From: Lama glama
Taxonomy: Eukaryota
DNA: 64,000 nucleotides
Reading direction: 5' to 3'
Assembly (NCBI GenBank): GCA_028534125.1
Contig: CM052816.1
Span: forward strand, 86,058,001 to 86,122,000
The position numbers and the translations under genes were made by a program. The notes beneath the pieces are model-generated. The model searched no databases. It was not told the DNA's origin and was given only the letters and a program-made list of their open reading frames with translations. Of the stretch, positions 41,615-55,790 are shown one piece after another. Position 1 is the first letter of the stretch. Every line of letters begins with the position of its first letter.

Positions 41615-44600
41615 TTACAGAGTTAATGTTTTCAAAATACTAAGTTAATATTAAACCAATATATTCTTATTTTCAGTAATTCCTAATCATCCTAAACCTC
41701 TTTTATCAAAATTCATGTCTGATTGACTCATATCCATAGTGTTTCATTTTTGTTGTTGTTTTTGTTGTTTTTTTAATATGCAGGCACAGCCACTCCCACT
41801 AGTTAGAAGGTTGAAGGAGTTCCGTGTCCATCCCAAACCCATCCCTCTGAGCAGAGAAAGGAGAATATTCTAGGAAAAGGCTCTGTGGGAGGGGGGAGAA
41901 AAAGGAGAGAAATAAAAACCAAAAGAATAAGAAAAAAAAAGTCTGGGTCTTCTCACTTATTTAGAGTGGAAAGCAAGGTACAAGGAGGGAACAGTTAATT
42001 TCAGAGTCATTTCCTCCACCACCACCTTCAGCTCTCAGAGTCAATATCCAGATGATTATGGAGCATTGCCTGAAAGAAGTTGTACAAGCATGACCTAAAA
42101 ACTTAGCATTTCCCCACCAGGGATCTGCAGAGAATTAAGCCTTAATGTCTTCAGGTGTCCATTATGTGTAATGAAAACTTCTATGCATCTAGTATGGTAC
42201 TAGTACCATCCATGGAACACCTGAGAGAGTAGTCACTCAAACAGTGTTCTGTGTTCTGTGGTTCAGATGGGAAGCCTAGTGTCAAAGGCTTGCCAGTAAA
42301 CTGAGAGCCTTGTATCAGCGAAGGAAGATGCATATTTGGATGATAAAAATGCTGCTTTTGTCTTCGAGTCTACCCTGAGTGATCAGAGTTCCTGATAAAG
42401 AGACGTAGGGTAGTTGTCACAAGTGCTGGACACGTAAATGCCTAAGGTCTGAAAGAGGAGCCTGCAAAAATTAGAGCATGTAAAGACTGATGGCAATGGC
42501 AGGAGAGGTATCCAGTGACAGAACATGACAAAACTGACAGTGTTTCCCCCAGTGACTGTGGGACAAGCCAGCAAATTCAGTGAAGATGTAAGGCAATGTG
42601 CAAATGTAAGTGGCATGGACACTGCAACCAGTAGGTAGTGTGGGTTTTGAGCTACAAGTTTTCATTATTGTTGTTTTTCTCTGTTTGTTGTTGTTGCAGC
42701 TGCTACTGCTGTCACTACTCTTCAGTTAGAGAAAAATCTGTCCTGAAATCAAAACTAGTTATAAACAGATATGTAAGTTCAAGTTTGCATATAAGTTCAG
42801 TTCTCTATAAAGGATATATAAGGCATTCCATGATTATCAACAGACTAGTCATCTTCTGGTTGAATAATCTGAAATCCCTTAATCTTAATGCATATTTTGC
42901 ACTTTAATCATTGAATCCTTTTACTCTCCTTTGTACTTTTCCAAATGATCCTGATTTATCCCAAGTTACAGGAACTATAACAGAATAGAAATATTTAGTA
43001 CACCTACAAAAACTACAGACTAAAATTCTAATACCCTAAACTCTCCTACACAAATTGTTTCTATATTATTAGCATATATCTCCATAATTTTTGTATTAAA
43101 GTGAATAACATGGTTAATGTTAGTAATTTATATTTACTTCATTGCTTCTAGATACTCTATTGCCAGATTTTTTCTTGTTTTTCTTACTCTTTGCATCTTT
43201 TTCTATTAATTTTAATTTAAGAAACGCTGAGTACATCCGGAAATTATCAAATACATTTTGAATTCAAATGCTCTTCCGTGAATGACAAGAACGTCTTCCA
43301 TTCTGTGGTTATCTAAGTACTCATAAAGAATGCTTTCTATTGTAAACTTCTTATGAAAAATTTAAGTACTAAGTCAATGATGGTTTTCTACAGACGTCAT
43401 CTGATGTATTTTCAGAACATTTACTCCAATAATAAATAGAAGGAGCTGTCTTCTACCCCTCATTATGTAATGATTATAGTGCTTCTTAGATATCTGCTGT
43501 GCTTTTCATAGATCATATAAGATAACAAAATTTTGTAATTGTAATGTTTGTCTGATTCATAAAATAGTATTTTTAATAATAGCTCATGATATCAGCTTCT
43601 ATCTATATTCATTTCAGAATAATACTGATGATTAACTTTTATTTCAAATCAATGCCAAAGCATATAAAGAAAAAAAGAGACTAGGAAATGTTATTACTGG
43701 AACATCAATGTCACACTTGTACCACATTAGCCCGTTCTGAAAGCTCTATGACACAGAGAAGGGTTATAGACTAATAGATAATATTTATAGAGCAATCTGT
43801 TCTCAGATTAGATTTTTCTGCTGTTTATCTGTATCAGTTTTTATCCGTGGGTATTGCTCAGACCACAGGACCACGAGGTACCAAGTGGATGCTTGGTAAT
43901 GTCAGAGGAAAAGGTGATAATTTAACTTTGTGCACATGTATCTCACATATTTGGAATAATATTTTATTGATTTTCTTGGATGTTTCATTACATTCTTCAA
44001 AATACACTATGAAAGTGTGTGCATTTCCTAAAAGGACAACATTGACCAATTGATCTCAGCCAACCTTGAATAAACAAAGTGTAAACTATCACGTCATTTC
44101 ACTATTATTTTTAATTTTTATTACAATATGCTCCATTATGGTATGTGTTATTTTTATATGTGTTAAATCTTCATTTATTTTCAATGCTACTACTGCTGTG
44201 TGGTATGTCTTCTATTGATAGATACTAGATAAGTTATTAATAAATATTTATTCAAATTTAACTTTTTTGATAAAAATGGCAACACAAATGATTGCACTCA
44301 GAATACCATAAATATAAATTATAAATAGGTAATGAGTTAGGAATGGATAATGTGAATATTTACAAATAATTTTGTAAGTACAACTTCTTTGTAAAACAAA
44401 AGCAAAACTTTGAATATTAAAAATAAAAAATAAGCACCTCGAAATTACAATTTATTTTCCTCTGATGTATTTACTCTAGTTGCCATGACCCTATATGTTA
44501 TAAAATATTATCAAAAATCATGAAAATCAGCAGGAACCCATCAAAGTTCCAAAGTAATTTTCAAAAAAAGTACAATAACCTCTCATTTTGATGTTAAAAA

Positions 44601-45464
44601 AAAATTCCAGCCAGAAACAAACTTTCTTTCTAATAACAAAAATGAATTAAGAATTAAATGCATCTTTCAAACCTGCATTTTTTTTAAAGTTATGTTGCAA
44701 GCTTATGTAATCAGTTGTTAGCATAATGACAAATACATTCAGAAAGAGAGAGAGGGAGGTAGACAGAGGAAAGATCATAACTAGTTTTTGACAAAAATGA
44801 ATTTTACAGGTGACAGCACTGGACACCTGTAGTATTAATGACATAAAAAATGCAAAGGAAAATTATTTTATATGTATACAGTAACCAGTTTTCCAAATTA
44901 CAGGTAGTTGAAATAACTGATTTGAAGAGTCTGAATCAATACCATAAGACAAATACTAGAGTAAAAAGAATACTTTTCACTGAAATTTCATTTGAGTGTT
45001 CAAGTTCTGCTTCTGATAATGGTGGTGTAGCTTGATGAAACACATTCTTGGAGACCACACACACACAAACACACACACACTGAATGCACACTCAAGTATG
45101 GTTTTAAGATACTGAAAAGCCCTAGAGAGTGACAAAATACAGAAGAAACCTGGAAAGTGGATGGGTAGAACATTCAAAAAAAAAAAAGAAAGAAAAGAAA
45201 AGAAAACTGACATTGGTGATTATGTCGCTCTGCAACTTATCACCAGAAGGAATTTTCTCCCCTTATTATATAGGAAGGCTGGATCTCAATTAGAAGATAT
45301 GGTGATATTGTTTGAAAAGACCAGAAGAAAAACTTTTTTTAAGACTCCAGAGGCACCTAGATAGTGGGAGAGAAATTCTGGAAAATAGAGTCTTAGTATA
45401 AACTCTGTTCAAAACACTGACTAATCCACAAAATTCTCATGAGTGTGGTAAATATGAAGAGCAA

Positions 45465-45807
45465 TTCTTTTAATCTGGCTACTATAACAGAGGACCATGG
45501 ATTGGGTGGCTTAAAAACAACAGAATTTTATTTCTGACAGTTCTGGAGGCTGGAAGCAAAAGATCAGGGTGCCAGCATGTTCGGGTTTTGATGAAGGCCC
45601 ACTTCCTGGTTTGCAGAGAGCCATCCTCATATGGGGGGAAGTGTGAGAGATCCCTGGGATCCCCTTTATAAAAGCATTAACCCCATTCAGGAGAACACTC
45701 TTCTCATGACCTATCATCTCCCAAAGGCCCCACCTTCTAATACCATCACACTGGAAGTTAAGATTTCAAGATACAAATTTGGGGGAGGACATATTCAGTT
45801 CGTAACA
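45465..45807 (-). mobile_element. MLT1A-type LTR
   Basis: gggtggcttaaaaacaacagaattttatttctgacagttctggaggctggaag...ctcccaaaggccccaccttctaataccatcaca...attcagttcgtaaca. Confidence 0.88.
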
Positions 45808-48191
45808 GTAATGATGAAGGAGAATAGGGGAAAGGCAGAAAGAACAGTAAATATTTCTGCTACTGCCCACTGCAAAGGAAACAGACCAGTAAAGTCAACT
45901 GATATAAATAAGCAAACACTGTCCCAGGGAAAATAAAAGAATCCAGAAAATCTACAACATATCATCAATATTGCCCTGTATATGATCAGAGTTTGTAGCC
46001 TGTGAAGGAAAAAATAAAGTGACATGTAGCCAATTTTAAAAAGACAATAGAAATAGATTGTGAAATTTTTAGATTATGATAAATAGTTTGTGTCCTGATT
46101 CTACCATCTGGGCCCCTTCAAAGACAGGCTGTTGTCTGCTTCCCATGGAATGACCCTGACTTTGCAAGCAGGGTGATTGGTAGGAGCTGTAGTTCTTCAT
46201 CCTGCCCCTTCCAGCACAGAAATTTAGCTTTACAAAACGGTTGGGCCAACAGTGATAAAAGTCTGATTATTCTCGTCTGTCCCGTCTGGGGTAGAGCTCC
46301 TACCCTTGGTGGAGATAGAAAGTCCAGACCACTCACCTGCTGCTGTTTGGAATGGCAGCTTTGCAACACAGAGCTTGGGAGATGAGAGTTACTGCCAGTC
46401 TGCCCATCCTGAGGAGAAACAGTGGCTTTAGACTAGGAGCTGGAGACAGAGGAAGCCCTGTAATTCTTGCATGAACCTATCAGGAGTATGGCTTCAAACA
46501 GATTGAACTGGTATAGTGTGAGAAAGGAGTGGGTCATGGCTCAAATGCCACAGAGGCTTTTTCCTGAGATTTAGTATTTCTTGAAAAAATGTTTTTTCAG
46601 TATATCTGTGTGTTAAGGGATACCATTTCAGAAGTCATCTCAGCATAAGAACTTGAAATATAATATTACTTCATGAAATTGATATTATTAATACCTGTTC
46701 ATGATGCCAAGCTTTGTGCTCAAGAGGTACATCTGAAGAATATCCTCAATATTTTGATAAATTTAACCTACTTCATCTGCAGTAATATTCAGAATATGTG
46801 ATTTTAAGGATCACGAAGTCACAGTTTTTTAAATTATAAAATTGTGGTCTTATTTCTCAATTAATGTAAATTTGACTCTTTACAAATATTGATTATTTTT
46901 CTATTTATTAGGAAAAAGAGAAGAAGAAAAAAGAAAAAAGTGAGATAATTAAGTATTAAAAGAAAAAAGAAGCAAAAAGAGTAAGAAAAGGTAAGTAAAT
47001 TGGAGTGGTTTTCCCCTTGATTAATCAATATTAAAAATTTTAAAATCTGAACATTTAAATCATACCTAATGGGTATATCTACTCTAAGTAGACACTTTTA
47101 TTAGTTAATGTGATATAATAATAAATGTATAACAAATATAATTACATAGTAAATGTAACAATAGAAATGTAAATGTTTCTCTGTTTACAATCTAGCAATC
47201 CATGCTTCATTCTGATGAATTATTTTTAGGATTATTTGCTCCTATCTATTAGAATTCACTTCAACTCTTTATAAAGTTTCCACTTTAATATTGGTCTGCC
47301 TAATCAGATACTTGTCACCATTACTACGATTTTAATGTTATAATGTGACTTTTTTAATATAGTAAATAAGATGGTTATTTGATAAAAAATAAAAAAGATC
47401 CATGTTTATCATGTTTCATGTTTTATCATGTAATCCCAATATACAATTTTGAATAGTGATTTTTAATTTATAGAACAGGAATGCTAAATATTAAAAATGA
47501 GGCATATGAGTTTGGAAAATACATCATCAGAATTCTACTGTATTTTTTAAATTTTTAAATTGCAATAGAACTTTATACCACAAACCCTCTACGTGGAATT
47601 TTTTTTAGTGTTGTCAAACATAACACATATATGGGGTGACAATGTTTTAGGGTTTTGTAAATGTCTTCTCTAAAGTTTATAAATGGAAGACCTATTTTTC
47701 TACTGGTAATTTATTGCTAAAGAATTGTGTCAACTATTTAAAAGTTACTCTCCAGCAAAATAAATGTTGCCATTGTGTGTACCACAATTGCATATAAATG
47801 ACAACTCTGACCAATAAATTTAAACAACTTTAATGAAAACCACGTAAAGCTTCTGCTGCATATTGATTGTAAGTGTGCCTTTCATACTTTCAGGAAGCTA
47901 AAGATGTTACAGGTAAATATATTGCAGTAGATGTGTTAAGACTGTTCAGAGAAAGGGCTATAAGGTAGAACATGGTGTAAGCAAATAAGATGATATATTT
48001 TTAGATTATTTTATGTTTATAAAGTACAGAATATTACTATTATATAATATCTAAGAATATCATAAGAATCCACATATGTGTTTCAAATTCCAAGTAATAA
48101 CAAAACAAGAGTTAGCAATTGAGATCAAGTAGGAAAATACAGAATAGATACAAGTTCTGATGGCCATGTGATTTGTATGTTTTAAATGAAA

Positions 48192-48590
48192 GAGTGTGAG
48201 GTGATATCTCATTGCAGTTTTAATTTTGATTTCTCTGACAATTAGTGATATTGAACATCTTTTCACGTGCCCACTGGCCATCTGTATGTCTTCACTGGAG
48301 AAACGTCTGTTTAGATTTTCTACTTACTTTTTTATTGTTGGGTTGTTTGTTTTTTTGTTATTGAGTTGTATGAGCTGTTCATATATTCTGGAAGTTAAGC
48401 CCTTGTCAGTCAAATTGTTTGCAAATATTTTCTCCCAATCCGTAGGTTGTTATGTTTTGCTTTTCATTTTGTTTATGGTTTCCTTTGCTGTACAAAAGCT
48501 TATAAGTTTAATTAGGTCCCATTTGTTTATTTTTGCTTTTATTTCTATTCCCTTGGTAGACTGACTTAGGAAAACATCACTATGATTTAT
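48192..48590 (-). mobile_element. L1 ORF2 internal fragment
   Basis: Peptide [29 protein letters not shown]; collinear with ~14130-14520. Confidence 0.9.
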
Positions 48591-48599
48591 TTATCACCC

Positions 48600-49090
48600 T
48601 ATCACCTTAGGCTTGGCTATGTGACTTGCAGGATGGGGATTTAGGATAAGAAAAGTGAAGCAAGACCATGAACATTCAACAAGCCCAAAGCTCTTCACCT
48701 ATCTAGGAAGCCATCTTCAAACAGTTTCCTTACATGACAGTGGCTTCCTCTATCCCCCTGCTGGAGGGTATCTCTATTGGTAAGAGTACTATCAGCCCAT
48801 ATAAAAGGTAGATAAGAAGTACTGGTTTGTCAACCAATGAAGGACACATGCCTGTGGATACAGCTTTTGCCACTTCATGAGACAATTCTAAGTTGAGCTT
48901 CTGTACAGTCTCTCAGAGATTTTATAGTGAAGTTGAATCCTAGTTGCCCATAGCATTAACCTACTTTTCATAATTTTCTTAACTTTTTCACTTCCCCATT
49001 TACCCATTATTCATCCTGGGTTCACCTCCTAAATAAACTATGTGCACAATTGTCTCAGAATCTTCTTTGGAGGAAGCCCAAACTAAGAGA
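48600..49090 (+). mobile_element. 5' LTR of an ERVL provirus (LTR16/LTR41-type)
   Basis: gagacaattctaag...cctagttgcccatagc...cacctcctaaataaact...tgtctcagaatcttctttggaggaagcccaaactaaga. Confidence 0.75.
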
Positions 49091-49508
49091 GATGGGGCTA
49101 AATAAGTGAGATCATGTCTTAAGGATGACAGATAAAAGAGTAAACCAAGGCTTGAGAGGATCAATACATTTTCAAAATTGACTAAATTCATACTCTGGTA
49201 GAGTTAAAGGTCTGATAAGGAAGGCGTGGGACCCTGAGAACTGAGATAGAAACATTTGAACCTCACTTTCCCCAAGGTTAGACCCTAGATTATTGGCCAG
49301 TAGAAGGGGTCCTTTACTTTGCTATATAGCAAAGCTGTTTCCCACTGCCTATAAACCATGAAAAGACCTCAGAAGATTATATTGTTCTACCCACAATGTA
49401 GCTTTATCTCTATATTGCTTCCAAACCAAAAATTGAGCAGATATAGGCATAGCCTGAGCAATGAAGAAACATTTTCTACAATAAGGGGAATAGATTTTTA
49501 CTAGGAAA

Positions 49509-49542
<34 letters not shown>

Positions 49543-52350
49543 GGAAGGAAAGAAAATGTAAATTAAAGAAAAATAAAAGAAAAAGCAGCAGAATCAGGTT
49601 ACCAGTTACCAATGGGAACCAGAAGAATGTATGTCGATCTTGAAAGTGAATTAGGTGACATGGGAGGCTGGATAGTGGAGATTTACTGATTATAAGATCA
49701 TTATTCTGTAACTCAAGATGAATTTATGGAACTACCAGGAAGAGTTTTGAGGCAGGATTGAAAAGACTCAGAAAGGCAGACATTAAAGAATATCTTTATT
49801 ACATAAAGATAGAAAAGCATCAGATGAATATATTCCCCAGAAGGGCCCAGAGGACACTGTCTTCATTAAGGTGATTTAAAAAAACTACAAAGGAAGCATC
49901 AACATTACTCAGCATCTCACTGTTGGCAACGGAAAGCTTTTTGTAAAAAAGTGCCACCAGCTTGAATTAAAGGAGACTGGTGGTTATTTGAAAGTAAAAA
50001 TACTTTTAGATCCTAATTTTCTATCTACAGAAAGCATGCTGACAGAATTGTTCAGTTACCAAGGAGGGTTTATTTGCTAATGTCCACTATGATATGCCCA
50101 AGGAGAATGACAGACAATGAAGAACCTCTCAGAAGTAGAAACCAAGAGCCATGAAGAACAAAGATCTGGAAAATACTTTCAGGGAGCAAATCTGAAACCT
50201 CACAACAGTGGCCCAGGAGTTTTCAGGATTGCTCTGGACCACTGAATACTGTATGTCTCCCATTATGGTCATTTCCTCTTTTCCCACAATTTTAAGTTGA
50301 GTATGTAGAAGGTAGATAATTTTTTTTTCCAGAGGTATGGATGAAGAGAATTTTTATCTAATCCTGATGAAGATTTAGAGATCCTAGACCTCAAGCCTGA
50401 TGGGATGTGACTTTGTGGGTGTCTTAGGGAGGGATTGAGTTAATTGACATTTAAAGAAATGTTCATAATTATGACCAAGACAGTGAACTGTGGTTGACTG
50501 GAATACTCTCAATTTTTAAAATATTTCCTTCTTAAATATGATTGTGCCATGAACCAGAGTGGAGACGTTCAAATATATTAATATTGGACCATCGAATTGA
50601 GTGTGAAAGTGACAGTGTGCCAGTGCTGAGCCAACACCTGAAGGCACATGTTTTTCTGTCCGGCCATGTGCCCCACAGTCACCATAAGAACATGGACCAA
50701 GGAGGTGCCAGTCCAAGAAAAACATGAGTAAACACTGAAGAGCTATGATCCCGGTTAAAAACTCGTTACCAACCCCAGCCACCCTTCATTGTGTAGTGGA
50801 GCCATTCCAGCTGAAATGCACACCCGTGAGGGAAAAAAACAGTGCTTTTGTGAGACATTGAGTTTTGGAACAGTATGTTATTCAGCATAGTAAAAATGGT
50901 CGATTAATATGCAAGAGTCAATAGTAAAATAATTTTCTATGAAACTGAGATGCTAGTATCAGTGGTTGGGTAATTAGCTGACCTTGGAACGCAGGGATCC
51001 GTGAGAGTAAGTAACAGAACGTAGAGCTCCCAATGGAAGACAGGCTGCCAAAGAGTATGAGAATAGTGCTTGCTATGTAATAAACAAAGTCAAGAGTTAT
51101 CAGGCAGAGGGCTGATGTCTGTGCCTTCATGGAGAATTATTTCTCACCCAGTCTCTAGAACCAAGCCAGTTCTCAGACTGAGAAATGATTAATTAAAGAG
51201 AAGGCTGGTCTCCCTGAGGAAGTAAGCTGAATTTCCACAGAAAGAATATATGATAATTGTTCTCTAATTATTTCTCAAAGAAATATACAGTCATTTACTA
51301 GGAACACTCTACACTAAGTTAAGATAATATTCAGATTTTACAAGAGCAATTGATTAGAAGGTGAGTTTATACTGATACCTGGGCACCCAAAATTCAGCCT
51401 CAGCTCCTCTGTTAGAGTCGGGTGAATGGAGGCGGTAATGGATTCTTAGACTCAGTTTATCTTACTGTGGTTCCAGTGATTCCATGGACCCATACTGGCA
51501 TCTTTTCCTAGATCTTTAACTATAAAATAAGGGGAAAATATATATATATACACACATACAGCACAGTGGGCAGAATTCTCACAGTAGTTCTATGACTTAG
51601 GTAGTAAGTGGGGTTTTGGTAATAGAAGCCAAGTTGACATCTAGAAACAGCTTCCCCTTTAGTCAAGAGAGTCAACTAGAAAAAATTAACACAGATTATA
51701 TAGCAAGGATTAGTGTTACCCTCAAAGTCAAAAGTGAAAAGTATTCTGCAAACCTTGGAAGACACTGGGAAATAAACTACAAAATTTTGGGGGCCTGCAA
51801 TATTATTGACATTTTTAAATATGTAATTGCTTGGAGATATCCCCTTCAAGATATAGGATAAGTTATTGCATGTTGCAAATTTTACCATGAAGAAAGAGAC
51901 ACAGTACATGATGACAGGTCACTTTGTGTTTTGCAGACAGCAGATAATACAATTGAAAATATTTCTCTAACTGAGTGACTCAGAAGGCTGCCGTATTTGA
52001 CTGGGGTCCAGAGAAAGGGAGAGCTCTGCAGCATGTTCAGGCTTTGGAACGAAGTGCACAGCACTCAGTAATCTGACCCAGCAGACTCTATAGTGCTAGG
52101 ATAGTCTGTGGTAGATAGGAACAGCATATTGTGTCTCTGGCAATCTTCATCAGGAGAGATATTATACAGATCTCTAGGATTCTGAACAAGACCATCTGCA
52201 GCGTCTGACATTTGTCCATTTGAAAATGAATTTCTGAGAGGCTACTGATCCTAATGTTGTTTATATCAAGAAGTGATGTGACCAGAGACCATCCATTATG
52301 AGCTGGATAGATCAGCTGGGCATTGATTTAGGTAAACACAACTATAATAA
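49091..52350 (+). pseudogene. Decayed ERVL internal region (gag-pro-pol remnants)
   Basis: RVKGLIRKAWDPEN*DRNI* (49200-49259) and DEYIPQKGPEDTVFIKVI (~49822-49875), both gag-like; protease-like LIPGHPK region (~51370-51500); KAAVFDWGPEKGRALQHVQA (51984-52043), pol-like. Confidence 0.85.
50050..50910 (+). mobile_element. MaLR internal 3' end plus MLT1H/I-like LTR nested in the ERVL
   Basis: MLT-int-like tail (~50100-50487), then LTR tgtggttgactgg...gtgaaagtgacagtgtgccagt...cattgagttttggaacagtatgttattcagcatagt. Confidence 0.65.
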
Positions 52351-52457
52351 TTTGTAAAGTTAGGAACAACCTCAGTCAAGTATGGAAAGCGTGCGCGTGC
52401 ACACACACACACACATTCCACAGTGAGAGAAGATGAACTCCATGTAACTATGGATGG

Positions 52458-52650
52458 TGTTATGGGTTGAATTGTGCCCAGTAAGCATTCATATGTTGAA
52501 GTCCTAGCCCTCAGAATGTGACTTTTTTGTAATGTAATCAGTAAAGGTGAGATTATACTGGAGTGGGATGGTCCCTAGTTCGATTTGACTGCTGTCCTAA
52601 TGAAAAGTGAAAATCTGGACACAAATATCACATAGAGGAAATGTCACGAG
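52458..52650 (+). mobile_element. MLT1B/C-type LTR, 5' half
   Basis: tgttatgggttgaattgtgccc...attcatatgttgaagtcctagccctcagaatgtgac. Confidence 0.8.
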
Positions 52651-52654
52651 GACT

Positions 52655-52982
52655 AAGAGTTGAAAAATATCCCAGCCTCCTTGGCTTTTGGGGGACAATT
52701 TTAAGGGGTGTCCTCTCTAGTGTGGACCACTGTGGGATTTATGCCAGGTTGTTACATCTGTAACCAGTGTATTAACACATTCTTTATAGACTTTCTTTTC
52801 GTATTTTCTCACACAGTCACCATGTTACATTTGGGCAAGGAAGCGTTATGAAATAATCTGACTCCGAGTTTGAGACTTATTCACTTTTATCCCTTTGATA
52901 TTCTTGAGTTCATTCACTAAATAAAATAGTTGTGATCAAATTCTTATATCAGGATCTGCCTTTGAGGAACTCAAAGTAAACA
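52655..52982 (+). mobile_element. Partial 3' LTR of the ERVL provirus
   Basis: cccagcctccttggc...gggacaattttaagg...ctaaataaaatag...tcaggatctgcctttgaggaactcaaagtaaaca; same family and orientation as 48600-49090. Confidence 0.7.
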
Positions 52983-53374
52983 TTGGATGGCAGTAAGCTT
53001 AGCTGGAAAACAGAATTATTGCTATGACCACAAAACCATTCTTTTGTTTCATGAAATCAGGAAAGATGTGAGGTCATTGCTTTTCTGAGCAGCTACAGCA
53101 TGTAGCTGAATTAGCAGTGAAATTTGCTTAGCTCTTTTAGGAAAACAGCCGGAACCAATGAACAATCCTCTTAACTATTGGAATGCAAATGGAAGCAGTG
53201 CTTTGATACCTAATTCCATCAATAAATTTATGAAAATAAAAAATTTGGTAATATCTAGTATTGGAAAATGGGTAAAAAACATGCTCATAAACTTCTAGAA
53301 AGAAAATAAATTGCTACATCATTTTAGGAAAACATTTTGGTGTGTGGTTGGCAACACAATCAAAATCCCTCAGT

Positions 53375-54097
53375 CCATACCTCTCACATTGACCATCCGT
53401 ACTTCCTGAAATTCTGCATATCCATCTTTTTTTTTTTTTTTTTTTTTTTTTGCCTCCATCCTTCTCTGCTCTACTGGAAGCCTGAGAAGGAATTCCCTGA
53501 TAGATTTTCCCAAGGGAAGTCAGTGGCTTTGGGAAATGGGAGAGAAAAATAACTCATAGGTGCCTGTCTTTCTGCTTCTGGTTGTGCCTCCAACAGTGTT
53601 AGGGACAAGAGCGGTTCTTGCTCAAGCTGTGTGGTTCCAGCTTTGACAGTAACAGAGGGTGGCTGTCACCCTGGAAGCACAGAGAACTCTTGGGTTCTGC
53701 AGCAGCCTTGGTAGCACTGACTTTATTAAGGACTCTGGTTTCGGTGGAGGCAACATCAGTGAGTGCCTTTAAGTTTCCCTACAACTATATAGCGTAATAC
53801 ATAATGCAGGCTCTTGGATTTTTGAGGTGTAGTAGGGTTGTTCTAAGGCACCCAAGACAGCTGCAGGTTGTGTTAAAATTTCAGAGGCAGAGGAATTATG
53901 TGGTGGCAACAGTTTTGGTCTTTCAGCCTAAGGGTGGTAGGGATTATAAAATTATTAATCTCAGAATAATCTCTCAGAAGTTTTTGATTTTTGCTGCCTC
54001 AGTTCCTATGATACACTTGTAACTATTTCTCCATTTCAGTCCCCCCATTTTAAATATGTACAGTGGTTCTATTTTCCAGAACAAACTGTAACTGTCA
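53375..54097 (+). mobile_element. LTR33-like ERVL LTR
   Basis: tctttcagcctaagggtggtag...cacttgtaacta...ttaaatatgtacagtggttctattttcc. Confidence 0.65.
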
Positions 54098-54099
54098 GA

Positions 54100-55175
54100 T
54101 TTCCCATCTCTGTTTCCATTTCAGCCTCCTTCTATGAGTTGGCCCACTTTTTATTCTGCTTTCTCTTCTATTTCTTTTCCTCTAAATGTTTGCTTTCCTT
54201 GGGGATCAATTACTGGCTTACTTTTTTGTGCTATATATGTGCACCCTGGGTGTACTAAATACTGCATACTCCCCCATATCTTGATCTCACATGAAATCTC
54301 ACTGTGAGGCCAAGACTGTCAGTCGAAAGATCTCTTGGCATTATAAACATATTCAAATTGGTCTTATCATCTTCACAGTGTGTTACCAATATGTTTGTTT
54401 TACCATTTGGCCTGAACCACAACTATCCAGTCTTTTAAGTTATATACTGGGTTTCTTTTTTGTAATTCCCCCATTCTTACTCTTTCAAAGCAGTCTTTCA
54501 CCTAGTTCCATTGCTTCTGGTTTCTGAGTATCTTCTGAAATCCTTCCCTGCTGCTTTGTTATTTCATTCCCGATTTGTAACAACATATCTCAGAATTCAG
54601 TTTAACCCCTCTCATCACCTTCAGCATTTCTGCCACAGTGATTTTATAAATGAGAAATTTAATTGCATACCTGTCTTTGTTATAAATTCAATTGAACTGC
54701 AAAAGTCCTAGGGAAGAGCTCAAAGCTTTTTAGTGGGGCAGGAAAGACAATCAGGGACACAGCATGTGCTTACCTTGTTTGGCTTCATCACTAACCACTG
54801 CCTCTTTTCCACTCCTGAGTCCAGTTTCATTGAATCATTTGCATTTCTGTTAATGTGCTATGAACTCTCTTCCTCGATGCCCATTTTGTTTCTTTTATCT
54901 TCTGCTGGGAATGTCTTTCTCCACCTCATTTCCCTGGCTAACTTTCGGTCATCCCAGATCCTCTCGGGCATCCAGGTGTGCAGAGTGCATTCCTATAAAA
55001 ACTATGCAGTGCTCTGTGTGTATAGTAACTCTGGGTGCTTGTTTCTCAGAGTCCTTTTTCTTCTGCATTTTATTCACTGGCTTACAGATCTGCATATCTA
55101 TCGTGATAAACTGTAAGTTCATGGGGAATTGCACAGTTCCCAGTTCAATATGGAATTTCAGTGGCATTCAATAAA
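54100..55175 (+). mobile_element. L2 LINE 3' region, highly diverged
   Basis: ctctaaatgtttgctttccttgggg (RT region), tctgctgggaatgtctttctcc, ends ggcattcaataaa. Confidence 0.6.
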
Positions 55176-55559
55176 ACTCCATTTCCTTGTGCTATTTTCT
55201 CTATTTCCAGCAAATATCTATATCTTATATTTAAATTATTGTTATTTTTATCCTGATTATTAGTTTTCCTTTTTAATAAATATGTTGTGTTTCAAAGTGA
55301 CGTATGTCCTTTAAAATCAGGGCTCATAAGTATTTTGTGTGTCTACCTATCACTGTGTATTGAATAATAGGTTTCCTTGTAAACATTTTATCATTCATTC
55401 CCAGAAAATGTTAGTAACATTTTATTCTAGGAGTTCAGAAAGAAAAAAAAAATTTTTCCACCTTACAATCTAGACTTAAGTACATAATTCATTTGAAAAT
55501 AATAAGATAATAGATAGCAAATTTCTGAGTTAATGGTAATAAGTTCATATGGAAAACAG

Positions 55560-55790
55560 AAAGGAATCTTTGTATAGTCAGTCCATCAGAGCCAAGTTCA
55601 AATCCTTTTATTTGCTAGACATTAGACCTAGGAGACATTTCATGACCTCCTTCAGTTTTACTTTCCCCATCTGGGAAATAGGTATCATTATTATGACCCC
55701 TTCAAGGATTTGATGAAGATTAAATATGGTATGGCATATAAACCATCCAGCCCACTTTGACACTTAATAGGCATTCAGTAAACATTGCGT
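55560..55790 (+). mobile_element. MIR
   Basis: agttcaaatcc...cagttttactttccccatctgggaaataggt...gaagattaaat...aataggcattcagtaaac. Confidence 0.7.

Noticed and set aside
54291..55174. Overlapping 66-127 aa ORFs
   Set aside because: They lie in a decayed L2 and have no domain signature.
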